Assembly: GCA_000388065.2 (NCBI GenBank)
Contig: KB932202.1
Length of the DNA: 7,076 nucleotides
DNA from: Fonticula alba ATCC 38817
Lineage: Eukaryota > Protista > Nucleariida
Strand: one strand, 5' to 3'
The notes beneath the pieces are model-generated. The model saw only the letters and a list, made by a program, of their open reading frames with translations. It was not told the DNA's origin and searched no databases. This document shows, piece after piece, positions 6,834-7,076 of this stretch. Positions within the stretch are counted from its first letter, which is position 1, and each line of letters starts with the position of its first letter. Made by a program: the position numbers and the translations under genes.

Positions 6834-6872
6834 CAGGGGCCGCGCGCAGGGGCCGCGCAGGGGCGCAGGGGC
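6834..6872 (+). repeat. (CAGGGGC)x4 with shrinking spacers, G-quadruplex-competent
   Basis: GGGG tracts at 6836, 6849, 6860 and 6868 with loops of 9, 7 and 4 nt, plus a fifth GGGG at 6881. Confidence 0.8.
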
Positions 6873-7076
6873 GCTCGTACGGGGCATTTCCTCCCCCCCC
6901 CCCCCGGCCTGGGGGCCTGTGCGACCGGGGGGACCCACATTCGCGGCGGGCCGCGTCCGGTCGGCCACCCCCGCCCCTCCCCGGGTCCCGTCTGGCGACG
7001 GCGACGCTGGAACCGGCGCGCGCATGCCCCCCCCAAGCCGGCGCAGGCGTAGGACGGACCCTCATCTGAGCCAAGC

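Noticed and set aside
6131-6893. RNase MRP-like (AGTTCCCC / ACGGGGC) and SRP-like (CAGGTTGCC, minus strand) short matches
   Set aside because: The matches are short, the conserved neighbouring motifs are absent, and the spacing is too long. An Infernal/Rfam search would be decisive.
6329-7076. ORFs in the last 750 bp (6329-7069, 6368-7036, 6372-7025, 6669-7052, 6721-7074)
   Set aside because: They run through homopolymer tracts and lack coding bias, recognisable motifs and supporting splice signals. A gene may start or end just outside the window.

Overview
Very GC-rich, intron-containing eukaryotic genomic DNA, so the long six-frame ORFs are mostly GC artefacts. The window holds two divergently transcribed spliced genes. 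(1) On the minus strand are the first two coding exons of ALG8 (ER alpha-1,3-glucosyltransferase; spliced motif LLPAY|[26 protein letters not shown]), which continues off the left edge. (2) On the plus strand (966-6036) is a gene with at least 7 exons encoding a roughly 1,100-aa Ala/Pro/Gly-rich protein that I cannot assign to a family. It has an F-box-like motif at the end of exon 1, a 615-N assembly gap after that exon, and an apparent one-base frame discontinuity near 2462. All fully visible introns are GT-AG with a CTRAC-type branch point and use the first AG downstream. One intron carries a 29-bp minisatellite. The last ~1 kb has no supportable gene but contains an AT island, a G23 run, an inverted 18-bp copy of a motif found just upstream of the plus-strand gene's ATG, a T tract and a G-quadruplex-like repeat. 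The style resembles a high-GC opisthokont protist such as Fonticula (inference only). I found no evidence of a new multi-gene system. The best leads are the unassigned protein, the frame discontinuity, the mirrored promoter-like element and ALG8 intron positions that appear shared with human.
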